Virus record (IMG/VR): IMGVR_UViG_3300034053_000021
Location: 203 to 64,202 of that record
Length of the DNA stretch: 64,000 bases
Direction: 5' to 3' (one strand)
Source: a virus
Lineage: Duplodnaviria > Caudoviricetes
The notes below the pieces were generated by a model. The model saw nothing but the letters and a program-made list of their open reading frames with translations. It ran no database searches and was not told the origin of the DNA. Positions 53,586 through 62,946 of this stretch are shown here, in pieces. Position 1 is the stretch's first letter. Each line of letters begins with the position of its first letter. Both the position numbers and the translations under genes were made by a program.

Positions 53586-55139
53586 TTATACGGGGTTGTC
53601 AAGGGTCTTGCGATAAAGGCTCAAAACTTTTTCTTGCCGGCCAGCTTTTGCATCGGCTACCCCATATGCCTCCCATTCTAACGCCGTAGACCCTATATGT
53701 ATGATTGTCATGTGGTGCTTCTGTCCGGGGCGGATCACACGGGCGTCGGCTTGCTGTTTATGCTCCGCAGAAAACGTCGGGCCGTACCAGATACACACGT
53801 TGGCCGTCACCAGTGTCAGACCATGCGCCGCCGTCGCGGGGTGGGCGATGAGCACCTTCAGCTCGCTGCTCTCATCTTGGAACTCGGTGATGATCTCGGA
53901 ACGCTCTCGCGCCCCCACGTCGCCGTTGATGATCGCGCACTTCCACTCCTTGGACAGCTCGGTCTTGAGGTACTCCATGGCCTTCTTGAACGGGCACCAG
54001 ACGATGACCTTGCGCTCGGACTCCTCGACAATCTCCCGCACCGCCGCCACCCTGTCGGGCGCACCGATGAGCTGGGCGTTGCCCTCGTCGTCCATGACCG
54101 TCCCACCGCACACCTGCAGCATCTTGACCAGCTTGACAGCGGCATTGGCCGCTGTGATCGTCGCGCCGTCGTTGTCCGCCACCAGATGCTTGCGCAGGTC
54201 TTCCAGCATCTTGCGCTGTGTTGCCGACAGCTCGCAATCCCGGCGCTGATAGGTCACCGGCGGGAGGTCGTGGCAGTCCGATGTCTTGAATCGGATCGCC
54301 GGCTGCAGGGCCTCGTAGGCCATCTGCGCTGCCTCTGGTTTGGGTATCCATTTGAAGTTGGTCACCTGAATCATGGTCTGACGCTTGAACGCGAGGAAGT
54401 ACGGAGGTACTATGTCGGGACGGACGAGGCGGGCCAGCGCCCATGCATCGGTCGGCGCGTTGGGGCAGGGGCTGCCAGTGAGTAACCACAACCGCATGGT
54501 CGGCTTGGCCACCGCCTTCAGCGTCTTGTACCGGTTGGTGCCAGCATTGCGGATCGCGCTTGCTTCATCATAAATAATTAGGTTGATGCGGTTATCTTTA
54601 CTTATGACGTCAGCGATCGTTGCCAGCCCGTCGTGATTCACGAGGATGTAGTCAGAGTCGCTTGCCGCCAACTCGCGCTTGCGCTCCCGCCCGCCCTCGA
54701 TCACCACGGCTGACCGGTGCATGACTGTCTGGAAAATCTCATCCTCCCATACCTTGTGGGTACAGGACTTCGGGCAGACGATCACCGCACGGTCGACCAA
54801 CCCCTGCTGCATCAGATACTCTGCCGCCCACAGTGCACTCTTGGACTTTCCAACCCCCATTTCTGAAAGGTCGAACCCTCGTCTTGTCGTGGTCCAGAAC
54901 TCCACGGCAGCCTTCTGGTGATCCCAAGGCTGATAGCGCCCGGGGTACTCCCACCCATGGTTGACCGGACTCGGCGCGGCAATGCCGAGATTGCGCAAGA
55001 TCGTCACTGCATCCAACTCATGCTTCACGGCGATATGTGGCTTGCCGCGGTACTCGATCGTGCGCGAGTGAGGCAGCACCGCCCGAACCGCGATGGGGTC
55101 GGGGGCCTCGAAGACGAGATAACCTTTACCTGCGAACAT
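53586..55139 (-). CDS. SNF2-family helicase
   Basis: EMGVGKS; IYDEAS; LTGSP; SF2 C-terminal motifs. Confidence 0.92.
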   Translation of the reverse strand: MFAGKGYLVFEAPDPIAVRAVLPHSRTIEYRGKPHIAVKHELDAVTILRNLGIAAPSPVNHGWEYPGRYQPWDHQKAAVEFWTTTRRGFDLSEMGVGKSKSALWAAEYLMQQGLVDRAVIVCPKSCTHKVWEDEIFQTVMHRSAVVIEGGRERKRELAASDSDYILVNHDGLATIADVISKDNRINLIIYDEASAIRNAGTNRYKTLKAVAKPTMRLWLLTGSPCPNAPTDAWALARLVRPDIVPPYFLAFKRQTMIQVTNFKWIPKPEAAQMAYEALQPAIRFKTSDCHDLPPVTYQRRDCELSATQRKMLEDLRKHLVADNDGATITAANAAVKLVKMLQVCGGTVMDDEGNAQLIGAPDRVAAVREIVEESERKVIVWCPFKKAMEYLKTELSKEWKCAIINGDVGARERSEIITEFQDESSELKVLIAHPATAAHGLTLVTANVCIWYGPTFSAEHKQQADARVIRPGQKHHMTIIHIGSTALEWEAYGVADAKAGRQEKVLSLYRKTLDNPV

Positions 55140-55432
55140 CACGCCCTCACTTCCAGCCACTCGCGCAGTTCCCGCAAGTCCACGTAGTCGCTGCCGTCGA
55201 TAACGAACGCTGGCCCCTTTGCGCGCCGGATCTCGGCGATCGTCAGCTCCTGCCGAGGGGTAGGCTTCTTGCCAGGTGCCTTGGTTTCGACGGCGAAGAA
55301 CCGCCCCTCGTGGCAGCCGATGAAGTCCAGCGAGGGCTTACCCATTCCGTTGGTTACCGGCATGTGGTAGTACGCCTTGTGAGCGTCGAGGAGCTTCTTC
55401 ACAGCGGCTTTGACAAACCCTTCCGGCGTCAT
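55139..55432 (-). CDS. VRR-NUC nuclease
   Basis: MTPEG.VK; G.PSLDFI.C..GRF.AVETKAPGKKPT.RQ. Confidence 0.9.
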   Translation of the reverse strand: MTPEGFVKAAVKKLLDAHKAYYHMPVTNGMGKPSLDFIGCHEGRFFAVETKAPGKKPTPRQELTIAEIRRAKGPAFVIDGSDYVDLRELREWLEVRA

Positions 55433-55608
55433 ACCGGCACCCCAGTCATGTCGGTCTTATACTTCACGGTTTTGCCGCCCGTTACTGGGGCCTCAGCGAT
55501 CTTGGCCTCCAGTCGATCGAACAGCTCCTCGACCAGTGATTTGTCCGCAGGGTTGTAGCGCAACCGCAGCAGCTCGGTGTCCGACAGGTGGCTATACTTG
55601 GTCAGCAT
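55429..55608 (-). CDS. Small hypothetical protein (59 aa)
   Basis: MLTKYSHLSD.ELL; ATGA-coupled. Confidence 0.6.
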   Translation of the reverse strand: MLTKYSHLSDTELLRLRYNPADKSLVEELFDRLEAKIAEAPVTGGKTVKYKTDMTGVPV

Positions 55609-55783
55609 TTTCTTCCTCCTTGACGATCTTGTACTTGTACTTTTCCATGGTGTCCTTGTTGACCACCTCTTCGAACTCCGAAGTCATCCCTTGCATCTTG
55701 GTCATCCCGGTTGCCGGGTCACGTGAGATGATGCGAAATCGCACCTTCGGGTTGGTCAGACTTTGTAGGTAGTACGCCATCAA
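55592..55783 (-). CDS. Small hypothetical protein
   Basis: 63-aa ORF in the operon. Confidence 0.65.
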   Translation of the reverse strand: MMAYYLQSLTNPKVRFRIISRDPATGMTKMQGMTSEFEEVVNKDTMEKYKYKIVKEEENADQV

Positions 55784-56460
55784 TATCTCCTCGATCCCTT
55801 ACCATAAAACTCGCAGGTTGTTACCGGGCAACCCGCATACCCTTTACCATTCGGACGGCACAGCCCCGAGGGCTTGGGAGGATAGATCCCTAGTGCGTCC
55901 GCTTCTTCCATCTGTGCTGCATCGTCGATAAACTCCTGCCACAACTTCTTCTCGTCTGCCCGGTTATACACCGCACTAGTCTTCTCCCTGAACTGAATCC
56001 ACAAGAACCGGGATTTGACCGTCTGCACTTCCAGGTACGCCGCAAACACCAGCAATGCCATCAACTTGAGTTGCGAGCTGGGTTTCACCTTACCGAACTT
56101 GTAATCAATAGCGATAGCATTTTCCCCATCGATACTGAGTACGTCGATTATACCCCGTACCCATCGCAAGGGTGAGTCAAATGCACACGGATTTAGTTCT
56201 TTATCTACAGCAAGCTCGTGCTCACACAGCAGCGTCCCCGGTAGCGACTCGATCCCCACCGCCAACGACTCAAGGTAGGCGAACTCGGACGGTAGCGGCG
56301 TCTTGTCCCGGACGCGATGTTCGAGGGCGAGGTGGCCCCGAGTACCCCACACCGTTGTCGGGTGCTCGGTTTGCTGAAAGTTGCGCGCCACCTGTAGCTC
56401 GTAATACTGCGTGGGGCATGTCAGGTAGGACTTGAGTCGGCTGAACGACCAGTTAAACAT
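55780..56460 (-). CDS. PD-(D/E)XK (Cas4/RecB-like) exonuclease
   Basis: WSFSRLK.Y..CP; GT.GH..LE; RGIID; IDYK.GK; C.GCP. Confidence 0.9.
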   Translation of the reverse strand: MFNWSFSRLKSYLTCPTQYYELQVARNFQQTEHPTTVWGTRGHLALEHRVRDKTPLPSEFAYLESLAVGIESLPGTLLCEHELAVDKELNPCAFDSPLRWVRGIIDVLSIDGENAIAIDYKFGKVKPSSQLKLMALLVFAAYLEVQTVKSRFLWIQFREKTSAVYNRADEKKLWQEFIDDAAQMEEADALGIYPPKPSGLCRPNGKGYAGCPVTTCEFYGKGSRRY

Positions 56461-56710
56461 TTCCATGTCCGAAGATCCCCCTGAAGCCCGCAGTTCCGAA
56501 AGCCATTGACTGCGGGGAAACCCGTATCCGCTCGAACGGGTCTGGTCTTGTCTTATCTGACATCTCCCACGCCAGCCTAGCCGCCTCGGCGGTCTCAAAC
56601 TTATCGGCAGCATTGGCGTCGGAAAACGTCCAGCCACAGATAAACCCATCGGCAAACGCAAACATCCTCGCGCCGTCAGGGAGTGGAATGCCTAGTTTTC
56701 CATCGCTCAT
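56453..56710 (-). CDS. Paralog 3 of a tandem triplet
   Basis: FETAEAARLAWEM. Confidence 0.75.
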   Translation of the reverse strand: MSDGKLGIPLPDGARMFAFADGFICGWTFSDANAADKFETAEAARLAWEMSDKTRPDPFERIRVSPQSMAFGTAGFRGIFGHGNV

Positions 56711-56985
56711 TGGTAAATCCCTCCGAACATCCCCGCCATCCCCCTCGGGGACTTGAGGGCCCTGAGCACAGCCTCGCCGGTGATCTTCACAGGGTCACGG
56801 GGCAACATCTCCCAAGCCATGCGCGCAGCTTCGATCGTGTCAAAGCCGTCGATGTCGTCCGTCCACAGATCACCTTCCCACGCCGCCCAATACTTTCCGT
56901 TGGGTAACTGCCAGATGCCTACATTGGACGGCTCGATTCGGGCAACAGGTTTGGCGCTTATCGGTCCGGGCTTGACTTCAGTCAT
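56707..56985 (-). CDS. Paralog 2 of a tandem triplet
   Basis: FDTIEAARMAWEM. Confidence 0.75.
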   Translation of the reverse strand: MTEVKPGPISAKPVARIEPSNVGIWQLPNGKYWAAWEGDLWTDDIDGFDTIEAARMAWEMLPRDPVKITGEAVLRALKSPRGMAGMFGGIYQ

Positions 56986-57275
56986 GGCATGGCATCCTCA
57001 TAAACCTCTTCAGTGATAATTAGGTTCTGACTCAACGATGTGCGGGTCTGGGTCTCGTGGTTCTTGATCCAGTCTGTGGCAACCCGGATACGGGAAAACA
57101 AGTCCTTCTCCGGCAGGTCCGACATTTCCCACGCCATCCGGGCGGCTTCGGGAGTTTCGAACCGCAGCGAATTTGCTCGGGCTGCGTGGAAATTATGGCC
57201 GCAGACGTACCCGTCGATGAACGTGAACAGCCTCGCGCCGCTGGGAAGTAACTCGCCCGGAGGAACGTCAATCAC
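56982..57275 (-). CDS. Paralog 1 of a tandem triplet
   Basis: FETPEAARMAWEM. Confidence 0.75.
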   Translation of the reverse strand: MIDVPPGELLPSGARLFTFIDGYVCGHNFHAARANSLRFETPEAARMAWEMSDLPEKDLFSRIRVATDWIKNHETQTRTSLSQNLIITEEVYEDAMP

Positions 57276-57529
57276 TTCATGCTCCCGTCTTTGTTCCGCT
57301 TGAAGCCGCGGTTCTTGGACGGCGTCGTGACCCGTATATTGCCGAGGGTGTTCGCACCGCCTTTGCTGATGGGGCGCTTGTGGTCCAGATCGGTCCCGTC
57401 GCCACGCTTCACCATCCCGGCCTTGATCGCCGCCCGGCGGATCTTGGTGCGCTCGGCGTTGCCCTTGGCCTCACCTCGCTTGAGCTGCAGCTCCCGCTCT
57501 CGTTTGTAGTCGCGCTTAATCATAGGCAT
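57272..57529 (-). CDS. Small HNH endonuclease-like protein
   Basis: DLDHKRPISKGG.N..GNIRV.....NR. Confidence 0.8.
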   Translation of the reverse strand: MPMIKRDYKRERELQLKRGEAKGNAERTKIRRAAIKAGMVKRGDGTDLDHKRPISKGGANTLGNIRVTTPSKNRGFKRNKDGSMK

Positions 57530-57540
57530 TTTCTATCTCC

Positions 57541-59409
57541 TCATTTAGCTTCTGAATACCGGAACCCGGTGTGGGCTTCGGCGGACAACGGTACATCTGG
57601 CCACCACGTAGGCGAAAGGCAGAACACCTCGTAGGCGGTCTTGGCTACAACTTCGGCATCCGCCTCGGGCACGACATAAACCGCTTCGTCGTGCACCGAC
57701 AACACCAGCCTCACGTTCGGGTGACGCCTGCACACCTCCAAAGACTGCTCCATGACGATCGCCCGCGCGATGGACTGCACCACGTTCTCCACCACTTTCC
57801 CCCCATATATGCGGGTTCCAGTGAATTTGCCTGCGTCGTACACCCACTCGTCGCCTTGCTGCCGCAGGTTCGGATACTTTATCACCAACCCATGCGGCAG
57901 CACAAGCCCGGAGTTACAACTTACTACCAACCCTGCGGGGTCGAGGGGCTTGTCGTTCCCCTTGCGGATGGCCGGCAACAGATCCTGCGCGGCTTTCCAC
58001 AACTTCACCACCTGCTTGTGCGCGCTGCGGTAGTCGACAACAGCAGACTGCGCCTCATCTTCAGTCATAGGGGGCAGCCCCCACTGGCGCGCGGTTTCTT
58101 TGAACTTTGCCCCACCCATGCCGAATCCGCAGGCCAACTTCAACACTTTTCCAAACTGGCGCTCCTGCACATCCGCCTTGGTAATCGGGCGCCCATATCG
58201 TTTGCTGGCCATGTAGCAGTAGATGTCCGGACCTTCCTTGCGGTCAGCCTTGCGATACACCTCAACCGCCTCGGTCTCGCCGGCCAAGCAGTCTACCACC
58301 CGCGCTTCGATGTTGGCCGAGTCGACGACCACGAACATGTGCCCCGGCGGCGCGCACAGCGAGCTGCGTATCGCACCTTTCTTTGGCATGTTCTGGAGGT
58401 TGAGCTTATCCCCGCCACTGAACCGATGCGACTGGTCAGCTCCGCAGTAATTGAGATACACCGGCAGCGGCCCTCGGCTAGCGATGCCGATCAGCCGCTC
58501 GACACGGGTCTCTGCGATGGTGCTCTTGTTCCCCAGACGCGCGGCCACCAGGGTTTGCACATCCTCATCCTCGTGCTCCAGCAGCTCGGTCATGCCCTTA
58601 TCCGTCTTGGCGAACGCCCACGTCACTTTGCCTGTAGTGGGGCTGATCTTCGTCGGCGGGGATACCCCCAGCGACTGCAGTGCCTCGGCGAATTTGGGAT
58701 TGCTCATCAGCACGTCACGGTCGACACCCCCGGCAGCCAGCAGCTTCTCTCGCTTGGTGCGCAGCTCCGCCAGCTCACTACGCAGTAAGATCGGGTCAAG
58801 CAGGATCTCCGGCTCGGTGAACATACGAATCGTGCGATCTATGAGCTTCAACTCGAAATTGGGGAACGTCGTGATCTGCCGCTCAAGCGGGGCGTAGAAC
58901 CCCTGCGACAACAGCCGGAAGATGCCAAGGGTCAGCTCACAGTCGTTCAGGCAGTACTCCCCATACCGATACCATTCCTCGGGGGTGAAGTCCTTGCGGC
59001 GCTTGCCTAGCGCATTGAGCACCTCGGTGCCCTTCTCCCCGATGTCGAACAACTTTGCCAACTTGGCCAGCGACCCGCCCGCAGAAAACCCGCCCACCAC
59101 CGCCCGGGACATGGACAGCGTGTCCAGCCACAGCGCCGGGTTGATGTTGAAGCGCCACGCCAGTATGGCGCCATCGAAGTGCGTGTGGTGACAGAGGATG
59201 GCGACCTTGTGCCAGTCTTGCTGGGCTGCCCACTCACGGAAATCATCCGCCTCCATCCACGACTGCCGCGCCCGGCCGGCGACTTCTTCGTACACCCCCA
59301 CACCGATAACCTCGAACCGAGGGTCACGGATGTATGCCTCAGTGGTCATCTTGGACAAGGAATACTCCTTGTCGTAATACGTTTCCAGATCGACAACGAC
59401 TATTCGCAT
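57541..59409 (-). CDS. polA: Family A DNA polymerase with 3'-5' exonuclease
   Basis: VDLET exonuclease; DSANIEAR (motif A); RQFGKVLKLACGFG (B); VHDE (C). Confidence 0.95.
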   Translation of the reverse strand: MRIVVVDLETYYDKEYSLSKMTTEAYIRDPRFEVIGVGVYEEVAGRARQSWMEADDFREWAAQQDWHKVAILCHHTHFDGAILAWRFNINPALWLDTLSMSRAVVGGFSAGGSLAKLAKLFDIGEKGTEVLNALGKRRKDFTPEEWYRYGEYCLNDCELTLGIFRLLSQGFYAPLERQITTFPNFELKLIDRTIRMFTEPEILLDPILLRSELAELRTKREKLLAAGGVDRDVLMSNPKFAEALQSLGVSPPTKISPTTGKVTWAFAKTDKGMTELLEHEDEDVQTLVAARLGNKSTIAETRVERLIGIASRGPLPVYLNYCGADQSHRFSGGDKLNLQNMPKKGAIRSSLCAPPGHMFVVVDSANIEARVVDCLAGETEAVEVYRKADRKEGPDIYCYMASKRYGRPITKADVQERQFGKVLKLACGFGMGGAKFKETARQWGLPPMTEDEAQSAVVDYRSAHKQVVKLWKAAQDLLPAIRKGNDKPLDPAGLVVSCNSGLVLPHGLVIKYPNLRQQGDEWVYDAGKFTGTRIYGGKVVENVVQSIARAIVMEQSLEVCRRHPNVRLVLSVHDEAVYVVPEADAEVVAKTAYEVFCLSPTWWPDVPLSAEAHTGFRYSEAK

Positions 59410-59570
59410 CTCGCTCTCCAATAGTTATGATCGGCGGGTTTGGTACATCGCTGCCCGCCGGCAGCGTTATGGAGTAGGGAGGTGCCCACTACTCACCCCT
59501 GACAAACACCTCCCTGCAACGCTCGTGCCCATGTACCCTGCGGCCGTTGGACGTTGGCAATGGAATGCCG

Positions 59571-59837
59571 TCAGGGGGTTTTCTTGGTTCGCTTATTAGT
59601 CTTGGGTACTGGGGTGAACCCGACGTAAAGTCCAGCTGGCTGGTCGCCTGAGAACACCGTAGGTTTTTCGGGTGCGTCGAACTGCGGCCCGGAGCTGTGA
59701 GCATCGCCGTCGTGCCTGTCCTGGGCTAGTATCCACCCAGTAGCGGTGGAGATGATATCGTCTTGGCTACTTCCCACCTGCTGCCCGACGGATTCCAGCG
59801 CCAGCTTGAGCTTCACCATCTGTGGATTGAGCGCCAT
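59571..59837 (-). CDS. Hypothetical protein
   Basis: Start MALNPQ. Confidence 0.6.
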   Translation of the reverse strand: MALNPQMVKLKLALESVGQQVGSSQDDIISTATGWILAQDRHDGDAHSSGPQFDAPEKPTVFSGDQPAGLYVGFTPVPKTNKRTKKTP

Positions 59838-59838
59838 A

Positions 59839-60060
59839 TCAGGCCACCCGCCAGATGCGCGAGCCTTCACCTTCGCTACGCACGGCAAACTTGACAGTGC
59901 CACCCTCACGCTTGGCGTACGCCGTCGCTGCGCTACGCAGGGATGCCGGCTTGGTATCGGCCTTGAAGCTCTCGCCGACGTTCATGACGGCGAACGGGTA
60001 CTTGCTGCGGCAGACGCGAGTGGAAGACATCGGGATACCGGCTTCGATCTTGTAGGTCAT
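59839..60060 (-). CDS. Small putative DNA-binding protein
   Basis: KIE.GIP....KYPF..M.VGESF; F..R.......RIWRV. Confidence 0.75.
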   Translation of the reverse strand: MTYKIEAGIPMSSTRVCRSKYPFAVMNVGESFKADTKPASLRSAATAYAKREGGTVKFAVRSEGEGSRIWRVA

Positions 60061-60257
60061 TTGGTTCTTTCCTTTCGTTTGGTGTAGTCATCGGAACAGT
60101 CTTTGTCGCAAAACCTGCGACCTTTGGGCACACGCGCCAAGCAGTTGTGGCACTTGCCGTTCGGCTCCACGTCGTACTTGACTTGTGATGCGTGCAGTAT
60201 AGCACGCTTCAGCAGTTCTTCCGCCTGATCGTTTGCTCTGTCGATTTCGTCAGCCAC
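60057..60257 (-). CDS. TraR/DksA-like C4 zinc-finger protein
   Basis: MADEIDRAND; CHNC....RFCD.DC. Confidence 0.7.
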   Translation of the reverse strand: MADEIDRANDQAEELLKRAILHASQVKYDVEPNGKCHNCLARVPKGRRFCDKDCSDDYTKRKERTK

Positions 60258-60798
60258 CTTTAGCCCCCTCCACAGATTGTGACTTGTTGTAATTCCCGAT
60301 AGTCGCGTAGCTGCGATGCTTAGGAACCTCTGTGACACGGTAGAACAACGCCTGCCCTGCTCTCATACCGGGACGGATACGAAGCGTGTGGAACCTGTTG
60401 AGATTGACGAACTCCAGAGTCAGCGATGACCCATGCCATCCCGGATCTGCGTGTCCGGCATGTAGGTGTTCCAAGTGATTACGTGCTAAGGAACTGTTAA
60501 GGTAATACTCACCGACGATGTTGTTCGGAAGGTTGAATATCTCTACTGTATGCGCGAGGATTCCTTCTCCTGGAGCGAGATCGTAGTATGAGCCAGTAAT
60601 GTCAATACTTGTGCGAGCTACAGACTGTCGAGGTTTTACCGATAGGTCGATAGTTTCAGTGTAAGCACTGTTTTCGGCAAGTATCTCATTACCTAGATGA
60701 AGATCAATCGACGCAGCATTGATAGCCTCCGGTTTGACGTTGGTAATTACACCCTGTTCAGCCAATTCGCACAACTCTGTGTAGCTTAGTAAGCTCAT
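60250..60798 (-). CDS. dcd: dCTP deaminase
   Basis: INAASIDLHLG; SSLAR; DPGW.G..LTLE..N; G.R.GQ. Confidence 0.9.
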   Translation of the reverse strand: MSLLSYTELCELAEQGVITNVKPEAINAASIDLHLGNEILAENSAYTETIDLSVKPRQSVARTSIDITGSYYDLAPGEGILAHTVEIFNLPNNIVGEYYLNSSLARNHLEHLHAGHADPGWHGSSLTLEFVNLNRFHTLRIRPGMRAGQALFYRVTEVPKHRSYATIGNYNKSQSVEGAKGG

Positions 60799-60937
60799 TT
60801 CAATACCTCTTTAGTTAGAACGTCAATACTTTCTTGTATATTATCGTGAAGCCAATCCGGTATTGGTAGTTTCAAAGAAAACCCCCACGACTCTAAAGCG
60901 GATAACAACTTTATGATGTCAAGCATTTGTTCTTTTG

Positions 60938-61336
60938 TCATTTCTTGTACTCCGGTGCGGCGGCGAGCATGGCTTTGTATTGCATCATTATGTACTGGTC
61001 AGCCGTACATTTCGGCACGCCTACTGAGTAGCTAGCTCGCAGCATCTCTCTTGTCGGCTCGATCGGAACCAACTTCCAGCCTTCAGGTACCGTGGATGCA
61101 GGATGGGCATAGAGCGGGATATCATCTGGCAATCTTTGGTCGCAGTCACACAGTGCTAATTCGCTGTCCATCCACGCTACCGGCTCTGCCTTCTCCATCT
61201 GCTCGATTGCAATCGCCAGCGCGTCCATCGCGGTATCAATCTCTGCTGGCAGCGGAATTCCTATTGGCGGCTTGCTTTGTTCATTTAAGTCCTTCAAAGA
61301 CTCCAGCGCCTGCTTCATTACGTCAATCACATTCAC
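60938..61336 (-). CDS. Mosaic phage accessory protein
   Basis: EPVAW..PLYAHP..VPEGWKLVP.EPT.EML..AMLAAAP. Confidence 0.8.
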   Translation of the reverse strand: MNVIDVMKQALESLKDLNEQSKPPIGIPLPAEIDTAMDALAIAIEQMEKAEPVAWMDSELALCDCDQRLPDDIPLYAHPASTVPEGWKLVPIEPTREMLRASYSVGVPKCTADQYIMMQYKAMLAAAPEYKK

Positions 61337-61518
61337 GATTTCACCTCTCCAGAATTCCTCTGCATCCAGAAGATTTTGTTAGCCAGCAGATGCCCGCCTT
61401 CCTTGATTTCCTTGGCATGGAAGTGGGCCTTGTCGATTTCACCGACATCAAGCAGCCGTTGGACCTCATTGATGTGGTGGATGATCGGTGACAGATAGGA
61501 TTTTAGTTCGTTTGTCAT
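61333..61518 (-). CDS. Small hypothetical protein
   Basis: Coupled ORF. Confidence 0.65.
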   Translation of the reverse strand: MTNELKSYLSPIIHHINEVQRLLDVGEIDKAHFHAKEIKEGGHLLANKIFWMQRNSGEVKS

Positions 61519-61712
61519 TTCATCTCCATCGCTCGGATTCCTGTTTCAATCGGACCATCCTCTTCTGGTTCATGATTCCATGCCACCCTCGCGGCATCAC
61601 AAATCGCCTTGTTGTACATAGCCTTACCAAAATCAAGTAGTGCGGCAGGATCATCGTCTAGGATGAATCCTGTTTCCCCAGTGTATATCCTTCGGATGTC
61701 GTCGTTGGTCAT
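61515..61712 (-). CDS. Small hypothetical protein
   Basis: Coupled ORF. Confidence 0.65.
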   Translation of the reverse strand: MTNDDIRRIYTGETGFILDDDPAALLDFGKAMYNKAICDAARVAWNHEPEEDGPIETGIRAMEMK

Positions 61713-62056
61713 AGTCCAAACACTCCTAAAGTAACAACCTTTTTCCTCGCCTTGTAAGCCCGGATTCGTTCAGCCGGAGTCAGCTTATCTCTTGGCCTGA
61801 CATTTCTCCGCTCACCTAGCGCCCAGATCTTCGTAACACCTCCTTGTCCTTCTGGATACACGTACTCGCAGATGTAAATAACGCCCAACTTCCTGAGTAC
61901 CTTTATCCACCGCCTAGATGTCTCAGCTGTTACGCCTACACCTTCGGCAAGCTGCTCTGCTGAAGATGGGGAGTGGTCAAGGTACTGAATGGCTTGCTTC
62001 AAGTGTGCCGGCAGGTAGGCCAGTGCTGCCTTTGCGATGGCTTCTTGCGATGTCAT
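61709..62056 (-). CDS. Winged-HTH DNA-binding protein
   Basis: SAEQLAE.VGVT.ETSRRWIK.L; IYI. Confidence 0.7.
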   Translation of the reverse strand: MTSQEAIAKAALAYLPAHLKQAIQYLDHSPSSAEQLAEGVGVTAETSRRWIKVLRKLGVIYICEYVYPEGQGGVTKIWALGERRNVRPRDKLTPAERIRAYKARKKVVTLGVFGL

Positions 62057-62190
62057 AGGGTACTACCCACAATGCTTTTAATCGAGGCCAGAATGGCGCA
62101 TATTGATCCAAATAGTATGCGAAAGTTTTTGCTCCATTCATGGCTTAAAGCTATTACCCCACATAGAAGAAGAAGTTGTTGGTCTGTCAT
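62053..62190 (-). CDS. Small membrane peptide (45 aa)
   Basis: MTDQQLLLLCGVIAL...; ATGA-coupled. Confidence 0.5.
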   Translation of the reverse strand: MTDQQLLLLCGVIALSHEWSKNFRILFGSICAILASIKSIVGSTL

Positions 62191-62208
62191 GTCGTGTTTC
62201 TCGGTGTA

Positions 62209-62216
62209 GTTATGCG
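62209..62216 (+). mobile_element. Inferred primary insertion point (G|TTATGCG) of the first cassette
   Basis: Complementary to the attC6 R'' (CGCATAAC) over 8 bp; no attC hairpin on its left. Confidence 0.55.
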
Positions 62217-62569
62217 ACAGTGGGTGTCGGATAATTTAAGTTATGCATCGTCATCAGTGTGCGCAGATCGCAGAGCGCATCAAAACACTGCTCCCTGTCG
62301 TAGCCGTACTTGTGAAACTGCTCCAGCGTATCAATCGCCAGATTCACCGCGCGTTCGCAAAAAGTCGGCGCTGGCGAGACGGCGGGTTCTTCGTCGTAAA
62401 TCGGTTTCCCGCAGCTATCGCACTGGTTCCAGTCCGTTTCCTCAATTCCGTGGCCGGTGCTGCAAGTGCAAAACGGCTCGTCGCCCTCTTCGTCTTCCTG
62501 CATCATCAGCCACTCTTCGTCATAGTCTTCCGGTGGCGGCTGCGCCCCTATCGCGCTTGGCCCCATCAT
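62210..62569 (-). CDS. Cassette gene with zinc finger
   Basis: CTC, CDSCGKPI; TAA stop lies inside the core site. Confidence 0.7.
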   Translation of the reverse strand: MMGPSAIGAQPPPEDYDEEWLMMQEDEEGDEPFCTCSTGHGIEETDWNQCDSCGKPIYDEEPAVSPAPTFCERAVNLAIDTLEQFHKYGYDREQCFDALCDLRTLMTMHNLNYPTPTVA

Positions 62570-62862
62570 TTCAGCCCCGCCTCTGCTCTGAGTTGCCGCA
62601 CTGCCTCATTGTGTGCGTCTGCGATGTATTCAGCGTTCGGCATTCGCATAATCTCAGTCAGGTCTTTCGCGTACTTGCGGATAAAGTTGCGCAAGTCAAT
62701 TACATCTTCGGCGCAGCAATCGTGTTCCTCTGTCTTTATCTTCAGTGCCGTCTCAAGCCGGTGAATCTCTGCCGCACACTCTCCGTGCGGATCGCCATCT
62801 GGCTGTTCATCAAACATTGCCTTCTCCTCTCGCGCCTCGCGCATTGCCTGTCCGAAATTCAT
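62566..62862 (-). CDS. Cassette gene, coiled coil
   Basis: GDPHGECAAEI.RL; GGAGG SD just after the attC6 core. Confidence 0.75.
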   Translation of the reverse strand: MNFGQAMREAREEKAMFDEQPDGDPHGECAAEIHRLETALKIKTEEHDCCAEDVIDLRNFIRKYAKDLTEIMRMPNAEYIADAHNEAVRQLRAEAGLK

Positions 62863-62878
62863 CTCTTCCTCCAAATCC

Positions 62879-62946
62879 GCATAACACGTCGCTCAACACG
62901 GACGCAGGCAATAAAGCCGCCTGCGCCGGTTAGCTAGGCGTTATGC
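62879..62946 (+). mobile_element. Integron attC site 6
   Basis: GCATAAC-ACGTC-GCT(C)AAC(A)CGG(A)CGCAGGC...GCCTGCG CCG GTTAGC-TAGGC-GTTATGC; three extrahelical bases. Confidence 0.92.

Noticed and set aside
55780-56460. Cas4-like gene as part of a CRISPR system
   Set aside because: No other cas genes or array; it sits in a standard replication module.
15572-59409. Inteins or group I introns in terL, capsid, helicase or polA
   Set aside because: Lengths are normal and motifs contiguous; the endonucleases present are free-standing.
59424-59471. Two GTTATG/CATAAC motifs upstream of polA as an attC
   Set aside because: Both are in the same orientation, and there are no L boxes or closing AAC...GTT pair.
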